A stretch of 63,820 nt of DNA, the filler included, from Globobulimina sp. (taxonomy: Eukaryota): NCBI GenBank assembly GCA_003354225.1. It is 22 parts of 22 records of this genome, joined end to end, with 100 filler letters (N's around TTAATTAATTAA, not from the genome) between each part and the next. Parts side by side here need not be neighbours in the genome. Positions count along the whole stretch, not along the records: positions 1 to 2,808 come from PIVH01004797.1; positions 2,909 to 5,715 come from PIVH01004798.1; positions 5,816 to 8,622 come from PIVH01004799.1; positions 8,723 to 11,529 come from PIVH01004800.1; 18 more parts are not named here. One strand, written 5' to 3'. Under the pieces are notes generated by a model. The model did not search any database, was not told where the DNA came from, and was given only the letters and a program-made list of their open reading frames with translations. Both the position numbers and the translations under genes were made by a program. Position 1 is the stretch's first letter. Each line of letters begins with the position of its first letter. Positions 1 through 10,205 of this stretch are shown one piece after another.

Positions 1-1305
1 AACAAATTAAAAAGCAAAGAAAATTTAAAAATATTATTTCAATTTTTAGCAAATGAAACCGGTCAACAATACTTTCAACAGAAATATTTTTATCCATATT
101 TTTATATTTCAAATGATTTACGTTTTCAAAACAATAAGACGCCATATTTTGAATATTTTCCATTGATAAATTCCCGAATCCATTCCTTGGGCTCCTCCAC
201 CAAACAAATAATGAATTATAATTTACGCAAACAATACCAATCATTTTTAAAAGTATTATCGTATCGATCATTGAATAGATTTGCATATTTTGATAAAAGT
301 AAAAATTGTGAGATTTTATTATCATTTATTTATTATTTAATTGTTCAGGACAGAATCAGTGATTCATTCGTCTTTTATCAACAATTTAATAAACAAACAA
401 TCAATAAAAAGAATATAAATGTTGATTATTTAAAATGTTATTTATTATTATTTGATGATGAAAATGAAAATGAAAATATTCAAACCATTTTAGAGATTTC
501 AAATCGATATTTATCAGTCGCAAAAAATAAAAAACAATTAATTCCAAAAGCAAAATTAAAATTATTTTCTAAAATCAATGAGTTATTACAAAAAGAAGAA
601 AAAAAGGATATTGATGATGATGAGGATGAAGAAAAAGGAAAAGAAAGTTTAGAATCCAAACAATCGTCGTTATCTTTTCAAATTGAAAAAGCCTCAAAAC
701 AATTGGTTATTCATTCAAATTTAGTTAGAAAATGTAATATAAGTTTCTATGGAATGAATACGGAGTTATTGTTCTCGATTAATCCATTTACATTTGGCGA
801 GAAAGAGAAAGAGAAAGGAAATAATAATGATAATAATAAGAATGCATTTTATTATATTACCGCTGGCACAATTTTGCGAAACCAAGAATTGGCAAATAAC
901 GAGAATACAATGGTGGATATCCCCAAAATATATGATAATAAGAACATATTTATTCGAATAGATTCATGCGATGGCATTGAAGCAGCCAATCAAGTCAATG
1001 ATACTGACACTTTCTATGATAATCAGTTAATAATTCAAATGAAAGAGAGATATGGAAAAATTAAGGTCCTCTCAAAAATGAATAATAAACCAATCAAAAA
1101 AGCATATATTAAAGTATTTGCAAAGATGAATTATTCCAATCAGAAAAGTGAATTTTATAAGGATGGATATACAGATATTCGGGGTGGATTTGATTATGTT
1201 TCTGTGTCAAGCGGACAATTAAAAGATGCGCAAAGATTTGCAATCTTAATTGCCACAAAAGATTATGGCTTTGCTGTTAAATTTGCAAATAAACCAAAAA
1301 CTTAA
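1..1305 (+). CDS. C-terminal part of a large conserved hypothetical protein (FYKDGYTDxRG-FDY family), 5'-truncated
   Basis: Frame is open from base 1 to TAA at 1305. Motifs YFEYFPLINSRIH, ELLFSINPF and AYIKVFAK..FYKDGYTDIRGGFDYVS match, from recall, a family of very large uncharacterised proteins in protists and some bacteria. Confidence 0.75.
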   Translation, partial: NKLKSKENLKILFQFLANETGQQYFQQKYFYPYFYISNDLRFQNNKTPYFEYFPLINSRIHSLGSSTKQIMNYNLRKQYQSFLKVLSYRSLNRFAYFDKSKNCEILLSFIYYLIVQDRISDSFVFYQQFNKQTINKKNINVDYLKCYLLLFDDENENENIQTILEISNRYLSVAKNKKQLIPKAKLKLFSKINELLQKEEKKDIDDDEDEEKGKESLESKQSSLSFQIEKASKQLVIHSNLVRKCNISFYGMNTELLFSINPFTFGEKEKEKGNNNDNNKNAFYYITAGTILRNQELANNENTMVDIPKIYDNKNIFIRIDSCDGIEAANQVNDTDTFYDNQLIIQMKERYGKIKVLSKMNNKPIKKAYIKVFAKMNYSNQKSEFYKDGYTDIRGGFDYVSVSSGQLKDAQRFAILIATKDYGFAVKFANKPKT

Positions 1306-1483
1306 ACATTGCTTCCTTTTTTTATTAAATATGCCTTGTAATTTGTGAGCTTGTTGCTATTTTTGTATACTTTGTATTTTAATCATAATACGATAATAAA
1401 AATTCATAATACGATTTGCTATTTTTGACATTTATAATAATCATAAGCATATGCGATGGCGGACGCATTTTGTGCTATATAAG

Positions 1484-2683
1484 TTAATCATAGTTGGAGA
1501 GAGTGTTTCCATTAAAAGAGAAAGACACCTCTTCATATATTTCTTTAACAATCGACATTCCATTTCCCCGTTCACCAAAACCACCATCATACCGCTTCAC
1601 CAAATGTTCGTCCACAATGGCATGCATCGCTTCAAACTTTCCATTTGCAGCAAGAGCACCAAAATGTGGCGTGTGAATCTTATTGGCCGAATAACAAATT
1701 TCATGCTTGTTTGTTGGATGCAGTGCAATGTCCGAATCGCAGAGCCTCTTCAATTGCTCCAACATCAACATTGCCGCTTGATACTTATCCTGCAATTCTG
1801 CATTTAAACGTGCTGCAGCATCAATTACCAATGTTCCATTATTTTGCTGTTTCTGCAATATCAAACCAGCTGGTCCAAAATATAAAGGTATAGGGAAAAA
1901 TTCATATGCGTACTTGCCAGTTCTTGAGCCATTGAAAACAAAATCTGGATGTAAAATATGACACATTCCTAAATCGATTAACCAGACTCTGTCTCCAATC
2001 AATACATTCCATGCGTGCTCATCCCAATGGTACAAAAATTGTGCGTGCAATTCAAACAACACACTTTTTATTCCACTAAAAATAAACACCAACGAATCCA
2101 ATGCATTGATAGCAGGATCCCTTGTTGCGTTTTCTATTAACTTCGTAATGTGATCGTGCAAAGTCTCCCCAGCAACATACTCAAATACCAGTTCATAATT
2201 ATCACGTGCATATTGTGCGGTATTTGGATCTGTCAATGTAATAAGTCTCGGCAGTCTAATGGACGGAACAGAAACAGAAACAACATGATTCATCACAAAT
2301 TCATTTGCTTTTTTTTCACGATTCCAAAAACGTTGCTGCATTTCTTGATTTTTTGCATCATTTTCATCATATCGTTCATCAAATCGTTTAACGACATATT
2401 TGTGTTGTTGCAATCTTAATATTTGTGTGGTTCCATAACCTCCTTCTTTTGACAGAGGAGAGCGATGTCCTCCGGAATATCTGAATTCGTCTAACGTGCA
2501 TGTCAGCGAATCGTGGATCCTCTGCTTTTTACTGGGACCATCATCCTGTTCATGCAGTCTTTTGCTTGAAGCTAAAAGGACGGGTTTAAAATAAATGTTA
2601 TTTGACCAGAAAAACATGGATAAAAAAATCATGGACATTGTTGATATCATTTTACATTTTGAAGTGATTGCTTTGGGAAACAT
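1484..2683 (-). CDS. Divergent protein-kinase-fold protein with hydrophobic N-terminus
   Basis: Gly loop EGGYGTT, VVKRF lysine, helix-C Glu (NREKK), hinge LVFEYVAG, catalytic HWDEHAWN (HxDxxxxN) and IDLG. Intronless 399 aa. Confidence 0.8.
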   Translation of the reverse strand: MFPKAITSKCKMISTMSMIFLSMFFWSNNIYFKPVLLASSKRLHEQDDGPSKKQRIHDSLTCTLDEFRYSGGHRSPLSKEGGYGTTQILRLQQHKYVVKRFDERYDENDAKNQEMQQRFWNREKKANEFVMNHVVSVSVPSIRLPRLITLTDPNTAQYARDNYELVFEYVAGETLHDHITKLIENATRDPAINALDSLVFIFSGIKSVLFELHAQFLYHWDEHAWNVLIGDRVWLIDLGMCHILHPDFVFNGSRTGKYAYEFFPIPLYFGPAGLILQKQQNNGTLVIDAAARLNAELQDKYQAAMLMLEQLKRLCDSDIALHPTNKHEICYSANKIHTPHFGALAANGKFEAMHAIVDEHLVKRYDGGFGERGNGMSIVKEIYEEVSFSFNGNTLSNYD

Positions 2684-2808
2684 GATTTTGCCAATAATGT
2701 TATTTCAAAATCGGAGGTGATGAAAAAATAAAATTAGAATTTCAAAGTGTAAAATTAGAGATCATAATCGAATACGCAGAATCATTGGAAATATTCATTT
2801 TATTGATA

Positions 2809-2908
2809 NNNNNNNNNNNNNNNNNNNNNNNNNNNNNNNNNNNNNNNNNNNNTTAATTAATTAANNNNNNNNNNNNNNNNNNNNNNNNNNNNNNNNNNNN
2901 NNNNNNNN
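2809..2908. other. Artificial contig spacer (first of 21)
   Basis: 44 N + TTAATTAATTAA (stops in all six frames) + 44 N. Identical spacers start at 5716, 8623, 11530, 14437, 17344, 20250, 23156, 26062, 28967, 31872, 34777, 37682, 40587, 43492, 46397, 49301, 52205, 55109, 58013 and 60917. Contig lengths fall monotonically from 2808 to 2804. Confidence 0.99.
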
Positions 2909-3045
2909 GTCACTAACATGTGGATTACCAAGAGTAAAAATTGCAAAGTGGTGGGATGTAAGTTTGTTCATGACACTGTATCATTTCACATTGCTGTATG
3001 GTATGCTACTGGTGCAGTAATGTCGGTCGGTATTTTATATTTTAG

Positions 3046-4749
3046 AATCTACCAGAGAAGCGTGGACAGTATTATGCCACTCGGCATGCAGTCACTAGAC
3101 ACATGAATCGTAAACAATTGAATAGTCAGCCTGTGTTTCTTAAAGACAGAGAGGAGTTGTATGTGAGAAATGGAGAAACAATCAGTTTTGCGGTATTTTG
3201 TTTTGCACATACTGTATTTTTATTTGCGCCCCCGTTATCCCTCCCTTGCTCACCCCATCCTTATTATTTCTCATTGACGTATATGTACGCATATAGAGAA
3301 TATATTTTTTCCTTCTACTAAAAAGTATTTTTTCCTTCTACTAAAAAGGGGGCGGAGTCTGACGGCCTTAGCAGACATCATAAAGGCTCCAACACTGTTT
3401 CACTTTGACATCTCATTGATTATGCTATGCTTAGTTTTATGCTTAGGCTTAGTTCGTACACCCTGAACTCGGGCTTCTGGGTTGAGGGTTTTCGGGGTTT
3501 AGGCTTAAACCTTCGGCGTGATGGGCGAGGGTTCACATATCCGAAGGTTAAGCCTATTACCCCGAAAAACCCTCAACCGTAGAAGGCTAAGCCTAAGCCC
3601 GAACATAATCCCAAGCCTATGAATAGTCCAAAGTGAAATAGAGTTAGAAGGAAAAAATTGGAACGCACATATATATGTAGGTACATACATGTGTATTGAT
3701 TGCCTCATTCTAGATTCGTCATGCTTCATATTGTGGCATTTGCGAGAAGATTAAACGAGATAGAGCTACTGTAAAACGTGATGACCGCGCTAAAAAGATA
3801 CAAATTCAGGAAGAAATTAAAATTCACATGGCAGAAGTGGCCGCAAAAAAGGTTGAAGAATTTAAGGTACATATTATTTCCTCATTTTTGAAGTACAGTA
3901 CTTGTCTTTCTTGTCCCATTGTTTTGATCGTTTTTCTGGATGTGAGAAGTGACTTATATTGGTTGAATTTCTATACATACTGTATGTACAATGATTTCAC
4001 TGTTGAATGTATACTGCATGGAGTGTACAATACATAGGAAGGGACACACTGACTCATAAATTACATGGGACATTTTTAGGTCAATTCTTGTCCAAGTGGA
4101 GCCATTGGTGTTGGTGGTCAAATATCTGAGATGGATAATGAAAATGATGATGTTGACATTGGTGCAATTGAAATGGGTGATGATGAAGTATTCATTGATG
4201 AAATTGAAATGTCCCCTTTTCCACTTCCCTTGTCACTTCATCAACCATCGTCACCACCGCTCCATGATCCAGAAGATCCTGCTTATCTGTTGAATGAAGG
4301 ATTGGCTCAAGACCCGTACAAATATGACATGGGTAGAATTGAAATGGGTGATGGTGAAGTATTCATTGGTGAAATTGAAAGGTCCCCTTCTACACTCCCC
4401 TTGTCCCTTCGTTTACCTTCATCACCACCGCTCCATGATCCAGAAGATCCTGTTTATCTGTTGTATGAAGAATTGAGTCAAGAGCAAGACCCCTACAAAC
4501 ACAGTCAGGATCAGAATGCACTTAAAGAAGAGCTTCTCGAGCCCATTACGGTGTTCGTCGACGAGAAAAGTCCTATCAAGTATCACACAACAAAAGAAAA
4601 GTTAGTTTTTTGTCAACTTCATATTTGACCAATAAAATAATAATCTTTATAGATTGGACACATCGAAATCACCACCACTCCATGATCCAGAAGATCCTGA
4701 TTATCTGTTGTATGAAGGATTCGCTCAAGACCCGTACAAACAATATTGA
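3046..4749 (+). CDS. Multi-exon hypothetical protein with CxxC exon and acidic Pro-rich repeats, 5'-partial
   Basis: Phase-compatible GT-AG model: 3046-3162, 3714-3866, 4080-4600, 4653-4749. The last exon is in frame with a third copy of SPPLHDPEDPxYLLxEGxAQDPYK, which supports the splice. Confidence 0.6.
3303..3348. repeat. Perfect 23-bp tandem duplication
   Basis: TATTTTTTCCTTCTACTAAAAAG x2. Confidence 0.95.
3441..3598. repeat. Nested inverted repeat (MITE-like or structured RNA) in a predicted intron
   Basis: Inner arms 3474-3516 and 3541-3585 are near-perfect reverse complements around a 24-nt loop. Outer arms GCTTAGGCTTAG (3441-3452) and CTAAGCCTAAGC (3587-3598) are perfect. Confidence 0.85.
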
Positions 4750-4922
4750 TTATAGTCCATAATATATGCCGTGCCGTTATATTAGTCTAGAAACATCTTT
4801 GCAAATTAAATAGTCCCCCAACCCAAATAAAGATGAATATTGATAGCTATGAGTTTACGCATTATTAACACTACCGTACTTGAACTGATAATTAATTAAC
4901 AACTGATTTATATGCATTTTAA

Positions 4923-5073
4923 TGCAATGTGAACAGTGTACGATTAGTTTGTTTACTGCAATGTGAACAGTTAGTTTGTTTACTGCAATATGAACAGTGA
5001 ACGATTAGTTTGTTTACTGCAATGTGAACAGTGCACGATTAGTTTGTTTACTGCAATGTGAACAGTGAACGAT
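4923..5073. repeat. 34-bp minisatellite, about 4.5 units
   Basis: Unit TGCAATGTGAACAGTGNACGATTAGTTTGTTTAC; the second unit lacks 7 bp; no unique spacers. Confidence 0.95.
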
Positions 5074-5249
5074 CATATTAGAACTCACAGGCGGTCCCTT
5101 TCAATAATTTCTATTACGACACTTGTCCACCCTTAGGCAAACCGGCTCGTCATCCTTGCACTAATTCTTATTACTCGTGATGAAATTTATACCATTTGAT
5201 GTTTGTAAACCACCCAGAATAGATAGCAAAAATTTGCATACCACTCATT

Positions 5250-5320
5250 TCAGTTGCAGTTAGTTACAGTTACAGTTGAGAGTTACAGTTACAGTTGACA
5301 GTTAGTTACAGTTACAGTTA
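5250..5320. repeat. Degenerate (CAGTTA)n microsatellite
   Basis: Runs of CAGTTA/CAGTTG/TAGTTA. Confidence 0.85.
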
Positions 5321-5817
5321 AGTGTTGTACAGCTGTTTCAAAGGTTTTCAATGCCCTTCAATATCAGTGTTGTTTTTGACTGTTGTTTGCTGAATACGAT
5401 ATAGAAATATATTTAGTGAACTGGGTGCCTGGGTGCCATTTATCTTCTCAGTTAGATTACTGTATGTGTGGGTAATATTATAATATTTAATCATTATTCA
5501 GATAATACAACTTGTGAAATATGTAGTATTAAAGAAATTTCAAGTACACAAAGCTGCGATACTGAGAATACGACTGAGATACGGCGGTACTGAGATTAGT
5601 TTCAGCTATACTGTACTGTACTGCTATACTGTACTGAGATTAGATTGACCCATTGTTAGTTACATACAATTGTATTATATAATTACATTTTTCTTTTCCT
5701 ATAAATTTGCAGTAANNNNNNNNNNNNNNNNNNNNNNNNNNNNNNNNNNNNNNNNNNNNTTAATTAATTAANNNNNNNNNNNNNNNNNNNNNNNNNNNNN
5801 NNNNNNNNNNNNNNNAA

Positions 5818-5898
5818 GAAGGATTTGATGATTTTTACATTGGTTCTACAAGAAGTTTTAAAAGAAGACAAATAACACATAAACATTATCGCAATTAA
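5818..5898 (+). pseudogene. GIY-YIG endonuclease fragment, cut by contig start and ending in an early stop
   Basis: Manual translation EGFDDFYIGSTRSFKRRQITHKHYRN*, matching YIG-S-T..F..R...H. Not in the ORF track. Confidence 0.55.
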
Positions 5899-6165
5899 AA
5901 TTATACCACGGTTCAAGGATTTATATATCCGATATATCCCAACAAAATGATAAAAATACCCATAACAAGACGTTAACAAATATATTTTTAGCGGCCCAAC
6001 GAAGAGCACAATTCACCAAAACTAAGACAATGAGCAAAACTAAAAAAATCAAAGTATGTTTCAGGCAGTATACATAATATAAAACACATGTTTTTACTGC
6101 AAATATATATTCAGATAAAATTAAAATTATCGTCGCATATTCGAAAAATAAAATCATTAAAATCG

Positions 6166-7548
6166 ATGAGGAAACGTGAATGTGATGAAAATTTGAGTAA
6201 AAATGTGTCGCTGAGGATCGCGCAATATGAGGAAAATGAGACAAAAAGAAATTTACAAAATGTCAAAACACGCGTTAAAGCAAAATCGTTTAGTTCTCCG
6301 CGCAAAAAACTGTTACAGCCGCAGACAGAGCGAAAATTTGACGAACAAGAAGAGGAATTGACAATGTCTGTATCATCGCGTTTATTGCAGTACAGACAAA
6401 CATCGATATCGGATACAGAGATAAATGAGCTTGAAGTTGAAAATGTAAACACACATTTTGTTACCACCCACTCTGAGCCAACACTGACACACTCACAGCG
6501 TACTCGATCATTGTCCCAAAATATGATGAAAAATGTGTTTGTGGATAAACATTTCTTGGAAGAATATACAAATTTATTACCTCAGATATTTGAGCCAGTG
6601 GTGGTCCAAAGTAAAGGCAAAAAAAAGCCGTTACCATTACCATTGCCATTGCCATTACCTCCAGTGATCAAACAAGAACAAGAGGAGGAGGAGGAGGAGG
6701 AGGAGGAGGAGAGGACAGAAATTGAGTGTACATTGGATTTAAATCAAGTGTTTATCGTCGAGAGGTCGGTGGGAAGAGGTAAAACTGCACATGTTCACTA
6801 TGCAATATATCGGGACGAATGTGACATCGCATTGAAAGAATTTAGATTTGGACGATTGACGGAGAAGATATTAATTGATTTCCATGCGGAGTTAGAGACA
6901 TTGAAAAAATTGGATCATGACAATATCTGTAGATTGTTAGGACATTTTGTGGATGAAAATAGCAAACAGTTATACTTAGCTTTTGAATGGTGTCCTTGTG
7001 GCTGTTTATATGAGGTAATACACGATAAATCTGTTGGTATCCAATTTATTGATGTGTTAGAAATGTCACTTGATATTGCCAAAGGAATGCAATATTTGCA
7101 TTCACAGAATATTATACACAGAGACTTGAAGAGTCATAATTTACTGCTTGATGAAGCGTACAGGGTAAAAATCACAGACTTTGGTACTGCCAAAACATTG
7201 GAGAAGATTGGTGGTACAACATATACTGAAGTAGGGACCGGTGGTTATTGTGCGCCGGAAGTGATTGAGCCACCGCTACAAGGCTACGATTCAAAAATTG
7301 ATGTGTTTTCGTTTGGTGTCTTAATGTGGGAGATCTATACAAGGAAAAATATATTTGATCAAAGATGTTTGAGGAATATAAATCAATTAAGGAATGGTAT
7401 AAGGCCAAAACTTGGTGATTGCCCTGTAAAATATGAACAATTAATCCAACAATGTTGGCAGTTTAATCCACTATTCAGGCCTAATTTTGATCAAATTGTC
7501 ACTATTCTCTTGCAATTGTACGCCGACCAACAGCAATCTATTAAATAA
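6166..7548 (+). CDS. Tyrosine-kinase-like (TKL) Ser/Thr protein kinase
   Basis: GRGKTAHV, IALKEF, IIHRDLKSHNLL, ITDFG, GTGGYCAPE, DVFSFGVLMWE, CWQFNPLFRP. Low-complexity N-terminus with PLPLP and poly-E. Start could be 6088. Confidence 0.93.
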   Translation: MRKRECDENLSKNVSLRIAQYEENETKRNLQNVKTRVKAKSFSSPRKKLLQPQTERKFDEQEEELTMSVSSRLLQYRQTSISDTEINELEVENVNTHFVTTHSEPTLTHSQRTRSLSQNMMKNVFVDKHFLEEYTNLLPQIFEPVVVQSKGKKKPLPLPLPLPLPPVIKQEQEEEEEEEEEERTEIECTLDLNQVFIVERSVGRGKTAHVHYAIYRDECDIALKEFRFGRLTEKILIDFHAELETLKKLDHDNICRLLGHFVDENSKQLYLAFEWCPCGCLYEVIHDKSVGIQFIDVLEMSLDIAKGMQYLHSQNIIHRDLKSHNLLLDEAYRVKITDFGTAKTLEKIGGTTYTEVGTGGYCAPEVIEPPLQGYDSKIDVFSFGVLMWEIYTRKNIFDQRCLRNINQLRNGIRPKLGDCPVKYEQLIQQCWQFNPLFRPNFDQIVTILLQLYADQQQSIK

Positions 7549-7668
7549 TAAATGTATTTGACATTAATTCTGTACAAAATATGTAAATACGACATGATTT
7601 CCCGAAAACACTTTACTTTTTTTTACATTCCTTTTTACATCCACTCCGTTTAGCTAATCCGTCTCTAA

Positions 7669-8622
7669 ATGTCTGATTTGTCATCACACGATTCGTCTTT
7701 AGATACAACAGACTCTCCATCCATTGATATGGATAATCACAACAATACAGCTACATCCAAACACCCTGTCCATCCGCACCCGCATCCACACTCACAATTA
7801 AATTCTTCATTTCCAGAAGATTTAAAACAAGAAACAACAAATGCATCAAACAATTTGTCATTTACTCCAAACGCAATCCATAATTATGACGATTTGTTGT
7901 TTAATGCCACAAACGATATAAATCCCAATCCAATGGATTTTTTAATGATGGATTTGACCCAACAAAGCACCTCAAACAATGGTCTAAATGGTCTGCACGG
8001 CATACATGGTCTAAATGGTTTACATGGCCTAAATGGGCTAAATGGTATCAACCATACAACCATTAATATGACATCGCCTGTTTTAGATTTTCAAAATCAT
8101 TTAAATGCCAATATAAACATTACGCCATCACTTAATGCATTAACAAATGGATTATTTGAACTAAATTCAAACCCAAATACACCGCATTTACCGCCATTGA
8201 ATATAGACGCAAATTCGCAACAAAACACTGCAAATACCAATACTACAAACACCAACACATTGAACACAAATAATATAAATACAAATCCAAATACAAATAC
8301 AAATCCAGATGAATATGCATATCCGCCCTTGCCTGTTATGCCAACAATGCCCATTATCAACCACATTGGCGACAATATCCCACCGCCTACGCAAGACTTG
8401 GATTGGCAAACATTTTGCAGCTTAATTAACACTGATAATCATAATCAAGCACATAATTATAACAACAGAAAGAGGAAGAAATTAGATACAATCTCTCCCG
8501 ATACCATCATACAAATCGATGATGATATTCACGTTCCTTTAGACACCACGCCAACAAAAAAAAGAAAGTTAAACGCCGATTTAACCGTCGATCCTGAGTA
8601 CAGCAAAAGCAAAAAAACAGAG
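7669..8622 (+). CDS. Asn/Pro-rich disordered protein with basic NLS-like motifs, 3'-truncated
   Basis: Open frame to contig end; NGL/HGL repeats; RKRKK and KKRK motifs. Confidence 0.7.
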
Positions 8623-9045
8623 NNNNNNNNNNNNNNNNNNNNNNNNNNNNNNNNNNNNNNNNNNNNTTAATTAATTAANNNNNNNNNNNNNNNNNNNNNN
8701 NNNNNNNNNNNNNNNNNNNNNNGAGCATTATTATTGTATATATTTCGCACGCAGTTAATAATTTATGTGCTTCATAAATGAGACGAAACTAGACAATAAA
8801 CAAAAATGCATGTAAATCTCCATAGGAAACTTAAATCACTACACCAAAGTGTAACATTGTAATAAGTTTTTGATGTTTAACTTAAATTCACCTTACCTAA
8901 ACTCTGTCTTTGTAAGAACCCATATAAACGAAATAACAAAAGTCAAGTTGATGTGTGGTGTTAAAAATAATTTGATATTTAATAGGTGCAGAAACTTTTT
9001 GATGAAGATCTAACTATTATACACATATTAAAGGTTTTAACTATT

Positions 9046-10125
9046 TCAAACGGTTGCACTATTTGTACATATAAATGAATTCGAACAGGTGTATTTACCC
9101 CACCATTGATGTGGATTGATTATTTTATCCTCGATATCGTATATTTCTGTAATTTCTATACGAACTTTAAACCATAGCCATGTTTTAATGTTTTGCAATA
9201 TTTGAGTTGAAAATGTGCCATTTCTCCACCCGATTATACTCCTTTCATACGATAAACTTACAGTTGATCCTTCATAACATTTTTTCGTTTCTAATCCTTC
9301 ATAATCATCATATGATGTTTCTATCTCATATTTAATAGTAATTCTTGATACTTTATTTGGTAATTTTAATAATTTTATACCAAAGGATAAATTACCGGTT
9401 CTCTCTGCTTTATAACCATTTGGAAAACATATCAAACAGAAATTATTATCAATACCAAACGTTTCTGATTGAAAACATCTTCCATACTCACAATGTTTAA
9501 ATATATCCAATAATGTATCACTTATTAACCAATCATAATCTATTTCTGTATTTATCTTTGAATAATTAATATATTTTGTATATTTTCCTAATGAATAAGT
9601 ATTATTGTAACCAATACTTATTAAATCCAAATATAATCCAAATGTTAATTCTTTTAAATCCATACAATCTTTCAATCGGAGCGTATATTTGAACCATCCA
9701 TTACTGTCAAGATTACATCTTTGAAATCTTGAACTTTGTTTATATCCACAATTCAATTCCAAACAAAAATATTCATTGTAAAATATAACATTTGCAATGC
9801 ATTCAGCAAAAGATATCAATCGATATCGAAACAAAACAAAGCCTTTTTGTGATTCGGTTGCCCCGTTTGGATATATCTCCAATTTAAATTTCATTTTATT
9901 ATAATCAAACTGTTTGCTAACGATAACTTTTCCTGTCTGTGCATTTTTAAATTCTTCCAAAGTATAATCGCTAATGGTCCATAAAAATAATGTTTCATAA
10001 AATATTTCACACAGTTTTATAATCTGTGGGATTATCGCAATTGACACATTTTGTCGAATGTAACCAGACACCAATATCTCTGTTTCAATGTTCTTGTGAC
10101 GTTTCACATTATAACAAAAGTCCAT
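9046..10125 (-). CDS. Tandem MATH/TRAF-like domain protein
   Basis: Two repeats of the pattern W-I...F......S..F......L.(I/C)(Y/F)PNG.....G, preceded by the LVSGYIRQ...IP..I..LC..FY leader. Confidence 0.75.
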   Translation of the reverse strand: MDFCYNVKRHKNIETEILVSGYIRQNVSIAIIPQIIKLCEIFYETLFLWTISDYTLEEFKNAQTGKVIVSKQFDYNKMKFKLEIYPNGATESQKGFVLFRYRLISFAECIANVIFYNEYFCLELNCGYKQSSRFQRCNLDSNGWFKYTLRLKDCMDLKELTFGLYLDLISIGYNNTYSLGKYTKYINYSKINTEIDYDWLISDTLLDIFKHCEYGRCFQSETFGIDNNFCLICFPNGYKAERTGNLSFGIKLLKLPNKVSRITIKYEIETSYDDYEGLETKKCYEGSTVSLSYERSIIGWRNGTFSTQILQNIKTWLWFKVRIEITEIYDIEDKIINPHQWWGKYTCSNSFICTNSATV

Positions 10126-10205
10126 GTTTCAGCTTGCTCAATTTTGTAATTAATGTTTTTTAATTTGTAAATGTTCTCTTCAGTCTACTCTTTTTATATG
10201 CGCGC

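Noticed and set aside
2853..2864. TTAATTAATTAA recurring every ~2.9 kb as a biological repeat or nanochromosome boundary
   Set aside because: It is always centred in 44+44 N, and contig lengths are sorted. This is a concatenation linker; ORFs ending in X..LIN or X..N are artefacts of it.
4923..5073. CRISPR array
   Set aside because: Units are contiguous with no unique spacers, no cas genes are present, and the context is eukaryotic.
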